Shown in pieces: positions 37,029 through 47,355 of a stretch of 64,000 nt of DNA (the first letter of the stretch is position 1; every line of letters starts with the position of its first letter). Position numbers and translations under genes: made by a program. The stretch lies in the IMG/VR virus record IMGVR_UViG_3300031963_000080, positions 15,032 through 79,031 of that record. The stretch is one strand, 5' to 3'. The notes under the pieces are model-generated. The model made no database searches. It worked only from the letters and a program-made list of their open reading frames with translations, and was not told the DNA's origin. Source of the stretch: a virus. Its lineage: Duplodnaviria > Caudoviricetes.

Positions 37029-38744
37029 TCACACTGTTTGCAGAATAGAAAAATTTCCTCTCTTTTCAAATTCTATAATACTGTCAAATTTATCTTGGAC
37101 CCCATCTTTATGAGAGATCACAAATATATTAAAATCCTTCACTACATATCTAATAATTTTTAGAAAGTCATCAATACCAGAAGAATCCAAAGAAGAGTCG
37201 AATATCTCATCTAAAATTAATAAATTAACATTTGTCGAATTCTTTATTTTGGCTAATTCTCTCCAAGAAAAAAGAAGAGCTAAATTGATTCTTTGTTTTT
37301 GTCCCTCCGAGAAACTACCATAACTAAAATCTTCGTATATTGGTGTTTTTATGTGTTCATTAAATTCTTCATCCAAATTGAAGTTGATATAAAAATCCAT
37401 CATTTGAAGATACTTATTCACATTTTGATTAATTAATGGAAGATATTTTTTAATTATTTTTGACTTAACTCCATTATCTTTTAGTAAAGAGTGGATACAT
37501 TCATAGTATTGAATTTTTTCTTTTTTATCTACAAATTGATTTTTTATATCCAGAAGGCTTACTTCGAGAATTTTTAGTTTATCGTGTTCTATATTTTTAT
37601 TTTTTATCTTTTCTTGAATTTTTTGTATCTCCAATTCAAGTTCTTTGATTTGATTTTTGGATTGCTGAACTTTAAGATTATTATTCGATATTTTATGGTT
37701 AGTATCTAGTAATTCCTTTGATATACTTGCGAATTGAGTTTCTCGCTCCTCCTCTTCCCTGATCGTATCTTTCAATTTTTCATACGCATCTTCCAATTCT
37801 TTTATAGAGGACTCATACTCAGAACATTTTTTAAGTTTCAACTCGGAATCTATGTGTTGTGTGCATGTAGGACAGATTGAATTATCAAGAAAGAAATCAC
37901 GATCATCAACAACTGTGGATAACTTTTGAGATAACTTCCCCTTCAAAGTTCCCAACTTTTTCAGCTTATTTGGACTTTCATTAAGAGAAGTCAAACTAGA
38001 ATTCAATTCTTCCGTCTTCTTCAATAAAATTCTATTCTCTTCATCCGTATCTCTAAAAAATACATTTAATTTTTGTATTTTTTGTCTTCTCTGTTCAATT
38101 TGGAAATTACTTTCTTTTTCTATTTCTTCTATGAAGTTAGATTGCATCTTCACTTTGTCAGACAAAGAGTCCTTCTTTATCTCCAATAATTTAACTTCGT
38201 CTTTTATAGTTTTTATTTTATCCTTTACGACAATATTCATTGAAGAAAATATTTTAATGTCCAATAAGTCTTCAATGACCTCTCGTCTACTCGCTGCAGT
38301 AAGTTGCATAAACGGAACAAAGTTACTATTTCCCAATATAACAATTTGAGTAAAAGACTTATAATTCATCTTTAAGACTGTCTGCTCAAACCATTTTTGC
38401 TGATCAATAGCAGAAGAACTCTGGTCTAATAAACTGTCATTTTTATAGATTTCAAATATAGTAGGTTTTTGTCCCCTTCTTACTTTCCAATCAATATTAC
38501 CAATTGAGAATTCTATTTCTACCAAGCAATCTTTTTCATTTACTGAATTAATTAATTGCGGCTTATTAATAGGACGATATGACTTATTAAACAAAGCATA
38601 TGTAATTGCGTCCATGAAGGAACTTTTTCCACTTCCATTTTTTCCAATAATACAAGTATTGTGATGTGTATCTAAACTTATTTCAGTGAATTTATTTCCA
38701 AAAGAAAGAAAGTTCTTAAATCTTACTTTTTTAAAAGTTATCAT
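37029..38744 (-). CDS. gp46: recombination endonuclease ATPase subunit
   Basis: GKNGSGKS, CPTC hook, FSEGQ and LILDE motifs. Confidence 0.96.
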   Translation of the reverse strand: MITFKKVRFKNFLSFGNKFTEISLDTHHNTCIIGKNGSGKSSFMDAITYALFNKSYRPINKPQLINSVNEKDCLVEIEFSIGNIDWKVRRGQKPTIFEIYKNDSLLDQSSSAIDQQKWFEQTVLKMNYKSFTQIVILGNSNFVPFMQLTAASRREVIEDLLDIKIFSSMNIVVKDKIKTIKDEVKLLEIKKDSLSDKVKMQSNFIEEIEKESNFQIEQRRQKIQKLNVFFRDTDEENRILLKKTEELNSSLTSLNESPNKLKKLGTLKGKLSQKLSTVVDDRDFFLDNSICPTCTQHIDSELKLKKCSEYESSIKELEDAYEKLKDTIREEEERETQFASISKELLDTNHKISNNNLKVQQSKNQIKELELEIQKIQEKIKNKNIEHDKLKILEVSLLDIKNQFVDKKEKIQYYECIHSLLKDNGVKSKIIKKYLPLINQNVNKYLQMMDFYINFNLDEEFNEHIKTPIYEDFSYGSFSEGQKQRINLALLFSWRELAKIKNSTNVNLLILDEIFDSSLDSSGIDDFLKIIRYVVKDFNIFVISHKDGVQDKFDSIIEFEKRGNFSILQTV

Positions 38745-39003
38745 AATGTATTTTTGGTGGAACTACGATATCATTAGGGGTTATAACAGCATATAAATTA
38801 CCAGTAACTTCACATGTTTTTATGAGTATATCATCATCATATTCAATTACATGAGTTTCTGGCATACCCTGCTCTTCTAGCATTATTGCATATCTGACGG
38901 CATCATCTTCCTCCTGAAAAAAGAAAATTACTTTTTTTCCATCTTGATTTAGTACTGAATATGCACCTTCATCTTCTTTTCCATCAAGAGTTATCAAAAA
39001 CAT
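38731..39003 (-). CDS. conserved cyanophage hypothetical protein (DUF3110-like)
   Basis: EGAYSV..F.EEDDA.RYA.ML pattern. Confidence 0.75.
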   Translation of the reverse strand: MFLITLDGKEDEGAYSVLNQDGKKVIFFFQEEDDAVRYAIMLEEQGMPETHVIEYDDDILIKTCEVTGNLYAVITPNDIVVPPKIHYDNF

Positions 39004-40040
39004 TATACTAACTCACATGCCTCCGAATATGTCTCTTTTAAAATATTTTTTAACATATTTTTATTCAATGTGGAATCACTTTCTTCTACAAATTTTTGAA
39101 GTAGAGAAAAAGTATCTTCATTCTCTAACGAAATGTCCAAATCTTGATCATCAAAAAACGAATAATTTTCTATAATTTTTAATTCTGCAATATTAGCGTT
39201 ATATAACTTATCAACGAAATCTTCAAATAATTTAACTTTGGTTTTTTTTCTAACTACAAGTTTTACTATTTTATTTTCTAATTCGGTCACATTTAATAAT
39301 TGATTTGGTGTATCATCGTAATAAAGATTGTAGTGCATTTTATATGGATTATCGACATAAAAATGCTCTAAACTTTCAGTGTCAAATATTACAAATCCTC
39401 TAGTTTCATCTATATCATTAAAGTATATTTCATATGGATTTCCCATATAGAATATCGTTCCATTGTCAGATCTATTATGGAAATGGCCAGAAAATACTTT
39501 TTTAAAATTATTGAATATTTTAGGATCTCTACCATCCTCCATAGTATGTCCTTTATGTGCTTCAAATCCGTTTAATTCTAAATGTCCCATTACAACATTA
39601 GAACTTGTTCTTTTCAATAATTTGTAAGTATCATGTTCATTTTCTTGATTAATCCAAGGAACAAAAACCAAATCAAGACCACCAATATTTACTTCCGTTG
39701 GTTCTGAATATACTTGTATATTTGGATATTCTTGGAGCAACAGATCTGGTGAATTTATTCTATTAGTGGATTTAAAATATACATCGTGATTTCCACTTAT
39801 CAAATGTACTTTATATTTTGAGAGTGGATCTAATACTACTCGTTTTGTCCATTCTAAACCAAAAAAATCTATAGACTTTCTATTGTCAAATGCATCTCCC
39901 AAATGAATGACAGTATCAATTTTTAGTTCTTCTAATTTAGGAAAGAAAATATTTTTATAAAAAAGTTCAAAATAATCTTGAAAGAGTTTTGATGACTTTC
40001 TTGCGGACCAATGGGTGTCTGTAAGCAATGCAACGAGCAT
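39003..40040 (-). CDS. gp47: recombination endonuclease nuclease subunit
   Basis: DTH, LGD, GNHD, GHLE and SGHFH motifs. Confidence 0.96.
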   Translation of the reverse strand: MLVALLTDTHWSARKSSKLFQDYFELFYKNIFFPKLEELKIDTVIHLGDAFDNRKSIDFFGLEWTKRVVLDPLSKYKVHLISGNHDVYFKSTNRINSPDLLLQEYPNIQVYSEPTEVNIGGLDLVFVPWINQENEHDTYKLLKRTSSNVVMGHLELNGFEAHKGHTMEDGRDPKIFNNFKKVFSGHFHNRSDNGTIFYMGNPYEIYFNDIDETRGFVIFDTESLEHFYVDNPYKMHYNLYYDDTPNQLLNVTELENKIVKLVVRKKTKVKLFEDFVDKLYNANIAELKIIENYSFFDDQDLDISLENEDTFSLLQKFVEESDSTLNKNMLKNILKETYSEACELV

Positions 40041-40044
40041 TATG

Positions 40045-40542
40045 TCAATTCCTTAATTTACTGTGAACTGCATCTTTAATACTATTATAGTCGGAATAGT
40101 TTCCTCCGTCAAGTGTGTTGTCATCAACAAACACTTCATCAAACCCAGATCTTTCCAGTATTTTTCCCTTAATTTCTAATTGCCTTTTTTCTTTGGTTAT
40201 TCTTCGTATAAAAGCATAGTGAATTACCTGAGTAAAATAAGCAAAAGGATTTGTTGATTTTTGGGGATCAAAATTTAAAATATATTGAACGCAATTTTCA
40301 ATTCCGTCAGAAATCATATCTTCTTTGAACATATAATTGACAAAATTTGGTTTAAATGACAAATGCGTCGCTATCTTTAAAAAACATTCTCCTATGTAAT
40401 TTGGAATTACTGGCTGCGGTAAATCTTTATCTTTTGCAATTTTAACCAAATGCCGATAATCGATCAGGGCAGCCAAGAACTCTTTATTATTAACATAGTG
40501 AACACTACGCTTTCTTTTAGTCATGACGGCTGTTGTAATCAT
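40045..40542 (-). CDS. gp55: late sigma factor
   Basis: HYVNNKEF, MISDGIENC and NPFAYFTQ motifs. Confidence 0.96.
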   Translation of the reverse strand: MITTAVMTKRKRSVHYVNNKEFLAALIDYRHLVKIAKDKDLPQPVIPNYIGECFLKIATHLSFKPNFVNYMFKEDMISDGIENCVQYILNFDPQKSTNPFAYFTQVIHYAFIRRITKEKRQLEIKGKILERSGFDEVFVDDNTLDGGNYSDYNSIKDAVHSKLRN

Positions 40543-40569
40543 AATACCTTACAAATAATATATATTGAT

Positions 40570-40598
40570 ATTATAACACAAAGAAATTGATTTGACAA
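40570..40598 (-). promoter_or_regulatory. sigma70-type promoter for gp55
   Basis: TTGTCA-N17-TATAAT with extended -10. Confidence 0.75.
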
Positions 40599-40602
40599 GG
40601 GG

Positions 40603-40631
40603 TTGACACGCCCATCAAAAGTGAGTATAAT
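40603..40631 (+). promoter_or_regulatory. divergent sigma70-type promoter with no downstream ORF
   Basis: TTGACA-N17-TATAAT, perfect consensus. Confidence 0.75.
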
Positions 40632-40754
40632 CAGCTTTGTCAGCGATGAAACTCATTTTATTACTTAATAATACTAGATACATTAATAAACAATAAAGAT
40701 AAACATATAGGTAATTTCCGAAGGAAATGTTCCCGAAGGGAACTAATAAAGTAC

Positions 40755-41156
40755 TTAATAATCCTTAAATAACTTTTCTAATGATTTTTTTGCTTCTTCT
40801 ATATTTGAAATATATCCCATTTCTTTAGTAAGTTCAAAATGGTTCATTCCAAAATTTGAATTGTTCTTTTCTTTTTGTTTGACAAATTTATCATATACTG
40901 ATATGATTTCTAAATCACTTGTTTCCGTCATCGTCATGATATTTTTCATATCAATAATAAAAATATCATCTTTTGTTGTTTTCATCCATGGCTCTACTTT
41001 ATAAGCAAATCCATATCTAGTTTTTACTTCAGTGATAATTATTGGATCGCAAACCAATAATACCAAATTTCCATGTTCCTCAGAAGAAATAACCTTTGCA
41101 AATATCTCTTCTCCACTTATCAATTTTAAACTTGCATAAAAATCTTCTTCCATCAT
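40755..41156 (-). CDS. conserved hypothetical protein downstream of uvsW
   Basis: LKLISGEEIFA..PW pattern; synteny. Confidence 0.8.
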   Translation of the reverse strand: MMEEDFYASLKLISGEEIFAKVISSEEHGNLVLLVCDPIIITEVKTRYGFAYKVEPWMKTTKDDIFIIDMKNIMTMTETSDLEIISVYDKFVKQKEKNNSNFGMNHFELTKEMGYISNIEEAKKSLEKLFKDY

Positions 41157-42628
41157 TTGTTTAAATTTACTGGTATAATTTCGTAATTGAATTCCTCTTC
41201 ATTATATAATTTTATTCTTTCTATAAAGTGATTTAAGGTGTAATTTTTTTTATTTTTATAAGTACAGTCATCAGAAATATCGTACAATATTGCTTTATCT
41301 TTGTTTTTTCCCTTTCTCAGTACTCTTCCTATGCTCTGTAAATTTCTGATTTTCGATTTACTTGGAGAAGCAAATATAACATTATGTAAATTTCTGATAG
41401 ATATTCCAGTACTAAAAACTCCATAACTTGCAACTATAATTGCATTTGACTCTCTTTCAGTTATTTCTCGTACTTCTTCCCTTTGGTTAACATCTACTCC
41501 TCCATGAACAAAAAATATTTTTCTGTTCTTTTCGCTGTTACTATTTATTAATTCGTATAATGGCTTACCATGTGTATCTACTCTAGAAAATAACACTAAG
41601 GTATTTCCTTTTAAATCTAGAGCAAGGTTTTTTATGAAGTTGTTTCTTTTTTCGTTTGATATTAAAAATTGAATTTCATCTTCGTATTTATCGAATTGTT
41701 GTGATGTATGTTTCAATATCAAACAATGAATATCTAATTGGGATGCTCTTCCCTTTTCAATCATTTCTTTTGTGTTGATTGTTTTGTATGTTGGACCAAA
41801 AAGCCCTGATATTACCCATTCGTGTGTCTGTGAGTCTTTTCCTCCATTTGAAAGAGTACCAGTAAAACCAAATCTATACTTTGCATGATGGCATTTTTTC
41901 ATAATATCAATTAAAGATTTTGATTTTGCTTGATGGCTTTCGTCAACTATCACGCAATCAAATTCTTCAAAAAACGATTTCTCCATTTTAAAAATAGATT
42001 GCCAAGTCGAAAGAGTGACTGGAAGATCTGTATTTTTTTCTCTTCCTGAATATATCATGTGGCAATTATTCTCTGGACTCCACCCATACTCAGAAAAATC
42101 TTTATGCATTTGATGAATCAAAGAAGTAGTAGGAAAAATAATCAGGGTTTTCAGACCCTTATTTGTGTAATATCTTGCTAGTGCATAAATGATTAAAGAT
42201 TTTCCAGAAGCAGTTGGAGAAATGATAGTTTTCCTATTGTATCTAAGGCACTCATAAACTGCATTTATTTGATAGTCGTATGGCTCATATGAACATATTG
42301 CATTCATATAGCCTTTTACCCCATCCAGTGAAATCTCTTCGTTTATCTCAAAAGGAAGTCCATAATATTTGTTTTCTTTAAATTCGTATGTATAATTATG
42401 TGACTTTATTTTTGCTATTACTTTATCTAGAAGTCCAGCATATATTTCTCCAGTAGAAACCGACAATAGATGAATCGTTCCATCCCACCCAGTTTTTCTA
42501 AACTGAGGCATAAATTTTGCGCTATCTACTTCAAATGTAAAATGTGGTTGAAGTTCATATAAAATATGGGGTTCGCATTGTAATTTAATAAAAACTTCAT
42601 TTTTCTTTATAATTGTTATGTCAGCCAT
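41153..42628 (-). CDS. uvsW: SF2 helicase UvsW
   Basis: PTASGKS, DESH, TGT and QSIGRVLR motifs. Confidence 0.96.
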   Translation of the reverse strand: MADITIIKKNEVFIKLQCEPHILYELQPHFTFEVDSAKFMPQFRKTGWDGTIHLLSVSTGEIYAGLLDKVIAKIKSHNYTYEFKENKYYGLPFEINEEISLDGVKGYMNAICSYEPYDYQINAVYECLRYNRKTIISPTASGKSLIIYALARYYTNKGLKTLIIFPTTSLIHQMHKDFSEYGWSPENNCHMIYSGREKNTDLPVTLSTWQSIFKMEKSFFEEFDCVIVDESHQAKSKSLIDIMKKCHHAKYRFGFTGTLSNGGKDSQTHEWVISGLFGPTYKTINTKEMIEKGRASQLDIHCLILKHTSQQFDKYEDEIQFLISNEKRNNFIKNLALDLKGNTLVLFSRVDTHGKPLYELINSNSEKNRKIFFVHGGVDVNQREEVREITERESNAIIVASYGVFSTGISIRNLHNVIFASPSKSKIRNLQSIGRVLRKGKNKDKAILYDISDDCTYKNKKNYTLNHFIERIKLYNEEEFNYEIIPVNLNK

Positions 42629-43049
42629 ATCCAGAAATATATTTTTGGTACTCGATACTATTTTTTACTTGATAAGTTCTACTATGTATCATTTTGAGGA
42701 TATCGCTCAAATAATTTAACATAGCATCGTAATATTCAATTTTTAATGATGCATTTGATATGTCTTCATCTGCATTCATGCAATTCTGTAAGTGCTCTTT
42801 ATCTCTTATTTTTTTCTGATATATTTCTTTGTATTCCTCTGGATCTGCTTTTCCAGTATAATATTCGTATTTTTTGAGTCTTATTTTGTTCTTATCTTCT
42901 AATGCTTTTTTCTTTAATAATAAAATATTATTAAATATCTCATAATATTTTGAGTGTAATTGAGGTATCTTTAGAGATTCTAGATGTAAATTATCTGGAT
43001 CTATGAAAGAATCTTCTTTCCACATTGATTGTATTTCATTGATATTCAT
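42621..43049 (-). CDS. uvsY: recombination mediator UvsY
   Basis: ESLKIPQLHSKY and YYTGKA motifs; synteny. Confidence 0.92.
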   Translation of the reverse strand: MNINEIQSMWKEDSFIDPDNLHLESLKIPQLHSKYYEIFNNILLLKKKALEDKNKIRLKKYEYYTGKADPEEYKEIYQKKIRDKEHLQNCMNADEDISNASLKIEYYDAMLNYLSDILKMIHSRTYQVKNSIEYQKYISGYG

Positions 43050-43608
43050 ATAGTAAATTTCCCTTATTGTCAGTTATTTCATAGTAAGTATATTTAAACT
43101 TTACTTCGGCAGTAAAGTATTCGGCATCATTATCAGTAGCATCAAATAATAGTGTAGTTAAATCATATGGAAACAAATCGTAAAACTTTACTTGAAAATT
43201 TGGTCTTTGACTACTGGTTAAAACTTGTAGAGTCCCATCTGAATATAAATTTAATGTGGAGTTTATTTTTGTATCTATTTTTTGATTTTGTCTCTGTAAT
43301 GTGTATATTTGGTCCAATGATTCTGGATAGCCAAGACCTCTGATCCAATTTTGAATTTCCATGTAATTTTCTAATCCTTCATCTACTAAAAAGCGTAGAT
43401 TAAAATCTTCAAATTTTATCTTATCTCCTGGTTGAGCAATATCTTTTAGATATGTAGGTTGATTTGCTATTCCCAAACTCAAAGAAGGTATATTAGCAGT
43501 ATTCGAAAAAAATGCTACTTTTGGCGATCTCGTGATAGTGAATCTAAATTGTGTTGGAGATAGAAAATTTCTATTCTGTATTTGATTACTAAATGCGTTT
43601 CCAGCCAT
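43036..43608 (-). CDS. gp3: tail completion / tube terminator protein
   Basis: NFLSP..F, PGDK and FLVDE..NY..I.NW motifs; follows gp23; late promoter at 43618-43625. Confidence 0.85.
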   Translation of the reverse strand: MAGNAFSNQIQNRNFLSPTQFRFTITRSPKVAFFSNTANIPSLSLGIANQPTYLKDIAQPGDKIKFEDFNLRFLVDEGLENYMEIQNWIRGLGYPESLDQIYTLQRQNQKIDTKINSTLNLYSDGTLQVLTSSQRPNFQVKFYDLFPYDLTTLLFDATDNDAEYFTAEVKFKYTYYEITDNKGNLLYEYQ

Positions 43609-43634
43609 TTTTTCTACTATTTATACTTGGTAAT

Positions 43635-43660
43635 AAAAAAGGGACCCGAAGGTCCCTTTT
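43635..43660 (-). terminator. terminator after the major capsid gene
   Basis: AAAGGGACC-TTCG-GGTCCCTTT followed by a T run. Confidence 0.9.
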
Positions 43661-43679
43661 GGAATTTATACAAGAAGAA

Positions 43680-45113
43680 TCACATTAGGTTCTTAACTTG
43701 TACTCTACGATAGTAGCGGTTTGAATTGATTTGTAGACGACCCAAACCTTGTGCAGTTGCATCACCTTCAGCAAATGGATTCGCTACCATTCCGTAGCGA
43801 GTCTTGAATCCAATTTTTGGCTGGAAGGTGTTCTCGCCAACGGCACGAACCATCTGGAGAGGAACATAAGGGCAGTAGAATAGACCAGCATCATAAGGGG
43901 AAGTACCCTTATAGCCGACAACATAATACTGACCACCATCAGCGCCAGGATTGGTACCACCAGAATAAGGATCGATATAAACACGATACTTACCCATTAG
44001 AACACCAGCAAAAGTATTACCAGTGTCATCTACATTTAGGTTAGCATTTAGTGCAGGGGTGTAGTCGAGTACGCCTGCCATGGTTAGAGCAGAAGCAACA
44101 TCAGAGGAGCACATGATCACATTACCCTTTCCTCTACGAGTTCTGATTGCAATTGCGTTTGCATCACGCTCGATTTGGAAAAGTAGACCCTTGAACTTCT
44201 CAACAGACCAACGACCATTGGAGTCGATATCTAGGTCAAATACACCTGCGGTAGCAACATTAGTTGCAGCGCCTTGCTCAGCTACCTTGTAGATAGTTCT
44301 GATTACTTCGCGGTTGATTTCAGCAAGAATCTCGGTGGAGAGAATATTTGCGAGTTCTGCTTCTGCGTTTAGACCATGGATAGCCTTTAGATCTTGTGCA
44401 AGCTCTAAGCTATACTCGGCCTTTAGTGCTCTAGACTTTGCTTCAACTAGGATTTTCTCGATAGAGAAAGCCATTTCGTTGAACTGGCCACCATTAGAAG
44501 CGCCGAGAGCCTCAGCATCACCAGTCTTCATTGCCTGGCCAACATTATAGCCAAGTGAAGATGCGGTACCAACTGGGTTTAGAATTCCAGGATTGCTTCC
44601 AGTTTGGGTTCCACCTGTAGTACCTAGACCAGCAATAGCATCAGTTGCATTGGTTGCACTGTTGTTTGCATTGGTACCAGAGAATGCAGTATTTACTTCA
44701 TTATAGAAGGCTTCGGTTCCGCTCTGGTCGTTGTAGCGTGAACGCATTGCGAAAATGAGTCCAGTAGGACCAGTCATTGGTTGTACGCCAGCTAGGTCAT
44801 ATGCGACCAAGTTAGGCATGGAACGACGAATTAGGCTGATTAGTACAGGGTCAAAACCAGCTACAGGACCACCAGCAGCGGCACCACTACCTACACTGCT
44901 ATATGCACCATAACCACCAGGAGCATTACCTGAGTTGGTTGGTGATTCCATTAATACACCATTAGAGAATGCTTGTTCTTCTCTTAGGAATTTTTCTTGG
45001 TTTTCGAGCAAGACAGCGGTTACTGCTTTACGATGAGAATCTCTGATTGGATCAAGACCATCATAGTTGAGAAGCGGTGCCCACTTTTCTTGCAGATGCT
45101 CGGATTGGAACAT
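43680..45113 (-). CDS. gp23: major capsid protein
   Basis: GVQPMTGPTGLIFAMR, ELAQDLKAIHG and FQPKIGFKTRYG motifs. Confidence 0.98.
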   Translation of the reverse strand: MFQSEHLQEKWAPLLNYDGLDPIRDSHRKAVTAVLLENQEKFLREEQAFSNGVLMESPTNSGNAPGGYGAYSSVGSGAAAGGPVAGFDPVLISLIRRSMPNLVAYDLAGVQPMTGPTGLIFAMRSRYNDQSGTEAFYNEVNTAFSGTNANNSATNATDAIAGLGTTGGTQTGSNPGILNPVGTASSLGYNVGQAMKTGDAEALGASNGGQFNEMAFSIEKILVEAKSRALKAEYSLELAQDLKAIHGLNAEAELANILSTEILAEINREVIRTIYKVAEQGAATNVATAGVFDLDIDSNGRWSVEKFKGLLFQIERDANAIAIRTRRGKGNVIMCSSDVASALTMAGVLDYTPALNANLNVDDTGNTFAGVLMGKYRVYIDPYSGGTNPGADGGQYYVVGYKGTSPYDAGLFYCPYVPLQMVRAVGENTFQPKIGFKTRYGMVANPFAEGDATAQGLGRLQINSNRYYRRVQVKNLM

Positions 45114-45166
45114 TTGCTTTTACCTCTTAAAAAATGTGTTTGTTTTTGTTTGATTTAATGTTAAAA

Positions 45167-46339
45167 TCAGTTGTTAGCCAACATAGAAAGGGCTTTCATA
45201 TATGTATTCATCGATGGGGAATAATCCTCAACAGATGAAATTACACCTTCTGAAAGGGTTTCAGGTTGAGCAGTTGGAGATGTAGTTCTGGATGGAAAAT
45301 ATGATTCCTTCAAGGTCTCCAATTTTTCACGATATTCTTCTTCACTTTCAAACTCAACACTTTCGGCAAGTGAAGCGAGCTTTTCTTTCTGAGTGATGGC
45401 TAGACCATCAGATACTACATCAAAAATTCTATCAGCAACCGACTCTGAGAGTCTTCTGTTGAGTTGAATGTTTCTCTCAATTTGCTCGTTGAGTTTTGTC
45501 TCCATTTCATCAAGTTTTTCTACCATATTCTCAAGTACATCATATTTTTCTTCAGGGAGTTGTACATAATGATCTTCAAAAAGATTCTTGAGATTGCTCA
45601 AGAATGATTCACTTAGTTGCTCTTTAATTCCATATTCAATAGCAAGATTGTTTTCTTGCATCCACTCATCAGCAACATATTCTAGATAAGAATCTACGCG
45701 CTCTTGTAGTTCTTCTTTCATAGAACCTACTTCTTCGTATAATCTTTCTTCATATGCTTGCTGATATTGCTCGTCAAGCACTTCACGAATTTCATTTACT
45801 TTACTGCGAAGAGCAGCTTCAAAAATTACTTTAGCTTTATCTTTGAACTCTTCAGAAAGATCTTCTCCTTCGACGAGAGCTTGTACATCTTCTTCGATGT
45901 CAAACTCTTCTTCTAATTCTTCATCTTCTTCATCTTCTTCATCTTCGTCATCATCTTCGTCGTCACTATAATCTTCTAGATCTTCGTCGTCTTCTTGCTC
46001 TTCACTGAGTTCATCTTCATCAATTTCTTCTTCTTCCTCGGCCTCTTCTTTTACTGCCATTGTCTGCATGGCTTCTGCAGCTTTTGCTTTAGAGTTTACT
46101 ACATCATTTACACTCTTAAGTGTTGCAGCAGGATCTTTTATTTTTGCTGATTCGTCGTCAGACTTGTAATTTTCTGGAGTTGGACCACCAAGATCTTCCC
46201 AACCAGTGGCACTCTGGCCATCAGGAATACCAGTTGTTAGATGTGGCATTGGCTCTGCTGGTTTTGCGGTTGCATTTACAGCAGATTTGGATTGCTTTGT
46301 GCCTACTTCCATTTCTTGTAAGTTTTTTCCACGAGACAT
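45167..46339 (-). CDS. gp22: prohead core scaffold protein
   Basis: LSEEFK.KA..IFEAA and YLEYVADEW motifs; late promoter at 46378-46385. Confidence 0.93.
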   Translation of the reverse strand: MSRGKNLQEMEVGTKQSKSAVNATAKPAEPMPHLTTGIPDGQSATGWEDLGGPTPENYKSDDESAKIKDPAATLKSVNDVVNSKAKAAEAMQTMAVKEEAEEEEEIDEDELSEEQEDDEDLEDYSDDEDDDEDEEDEEDEELEEEFDIEEDVQALVEGEDLSEEFKDKAKVIFEAALRSKVNEIREVLDEQYQQAYEERLYEEVGSMKEELQERVDSYLEYVADEWMQENNLAIEYGIKEQLSESFLSNLKNLFEDHYVQLPEEKYDVLENMVEKLDEMETKLNEQIERNIQLNRRLSESVADRIFDVVSDGLAITQKEKLASLAESVEFESEEEYREKLETLKESYFPSRTTSPTAQPETLSEGVISSVEDYSPSMNTYMKALSMLANN

Positions 46340-46395
46340 TTGAACTCTCCGATTTAGCTATGTATTAAATCTATATTTATTTATAATTTATGAAA

Positions 46396-47040
46396 TTACA
46401 AAGAATTTAAAAATTCATTGAATAATTCAATTTTCCTTTCTTCTAGTTGTTTTGTGTCAACTAGATGATTTATTTTTTTCTTAGCATTTTCTAGTAACCA
46501 AGAATTTCTTGATACATCATATATCCACTCAACTCCTTCCATGATCCCATTTACAAATGCATCAGGAGCGGAAGGATCTGCAACTATGTCAGCAGCAGTA
46601 GCCAACATAAAATCATTAGAGACATAACGAACACCATTTCTTTCTACTAGTGAACCAATTCCACGAGAAGAAACTCCCAGTTTCACTCCTTCCGAAATCA
46701 AAGAAGAAGCTATTTTACCCATTGGAGTATCTAGAATTTTTGCTTTACCGACAAAGTTATTTCCATCTTCTCTCAAAGATGTGATCATATGAGAAACTCT
46801 ATCTAGATTTACTGTTGGCCCATCTGGGTGGCCCAACTCACCTAAAGCTCTTCCTTTTGAAATATAATTATCAGTATATCTAGTTACTTCTCTGGCAAGA
46901 GTTTCCATCGGATAACATCTACCATTACGATTTTTTATATCAGCCTGAAGGAAAATTCCCTCTATATAAAGAGATTTTTTTCCGTTTTTTTCTTCGGTGA
47001 TGAATTTTACCTTAGAAATTTCTTCTGTGATTAGTTTCAT
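46396..47040 (-). CDS. gp21: prohead protease
   Basis: NRNGR.YP, GELGHP, GVSSRG and DPSAPDA motifs. Confidence 0.97.
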   Translation of the reverse strand: MKLITEEISKVKFITEEKNGKKSLYIEGIFLQADIKNRNGRCYPMETLAREVTRYTDNYISKGRALGELGHPDGPTVNLDRVSHMITSLREDGNNFVGKAKILDTPMGKIASSLISEGVKLGVSSRGIGSLVERNGVRYVSNDFMLATAADIVADPSAPDAFVNGIMEGVEWIYDVSRNSWLLENAKKKINHLVDTKQLEERKIELFNEFLNSL

Positions 47041-47044
47041 TTTA

Positions 47045-47311
47045 CTAGTTGGTAAATCCTACTTTTGTCGCTTTAATTGCTGAAGAGGTCCAAATTACAT
47101 CTGTTGGAAGTTTTTCTAAAAATTCAACTGAATTTCCCGGCATTGAGAAATAATTAGTTGTTGCTGCTCCAACAATAGTCGAAACACCAACTGTAACTAT
47201 TCCAGAAGTTATATTATGGAGACGAACACAAGTTGCATTCGAAATGCTAGATGCTGCTCCAGCAGCTGTTGCTGTGGAAATTTCAGTTTCAACTATTTTG
47301 GTTCTTTGCAT
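47045..47311 (-). CDS. hypothetical protein
   Basis: 88-aa ORF upstream of gp21. Confidence 0.75.
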   Translation of the reverse strand: MQRTKIVETEISTATAAGAASSISNATCVRLHNITSGIVTVGVSTIVGAATTNYFSMPGNSVEFLEKLPTDVIWTSSAIKATKVGFTN

Positions 47312-47355
47312 TTTTTATAATAAAGATCTTATTAGTTATTTATTATTTAATAAAA

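Noticed and set aside
45900-46050. TCT/TCA/TCG trinucleotide-rich tract
   Set aside because: It simply encodes the D/E-rich linker of scaffold gp22
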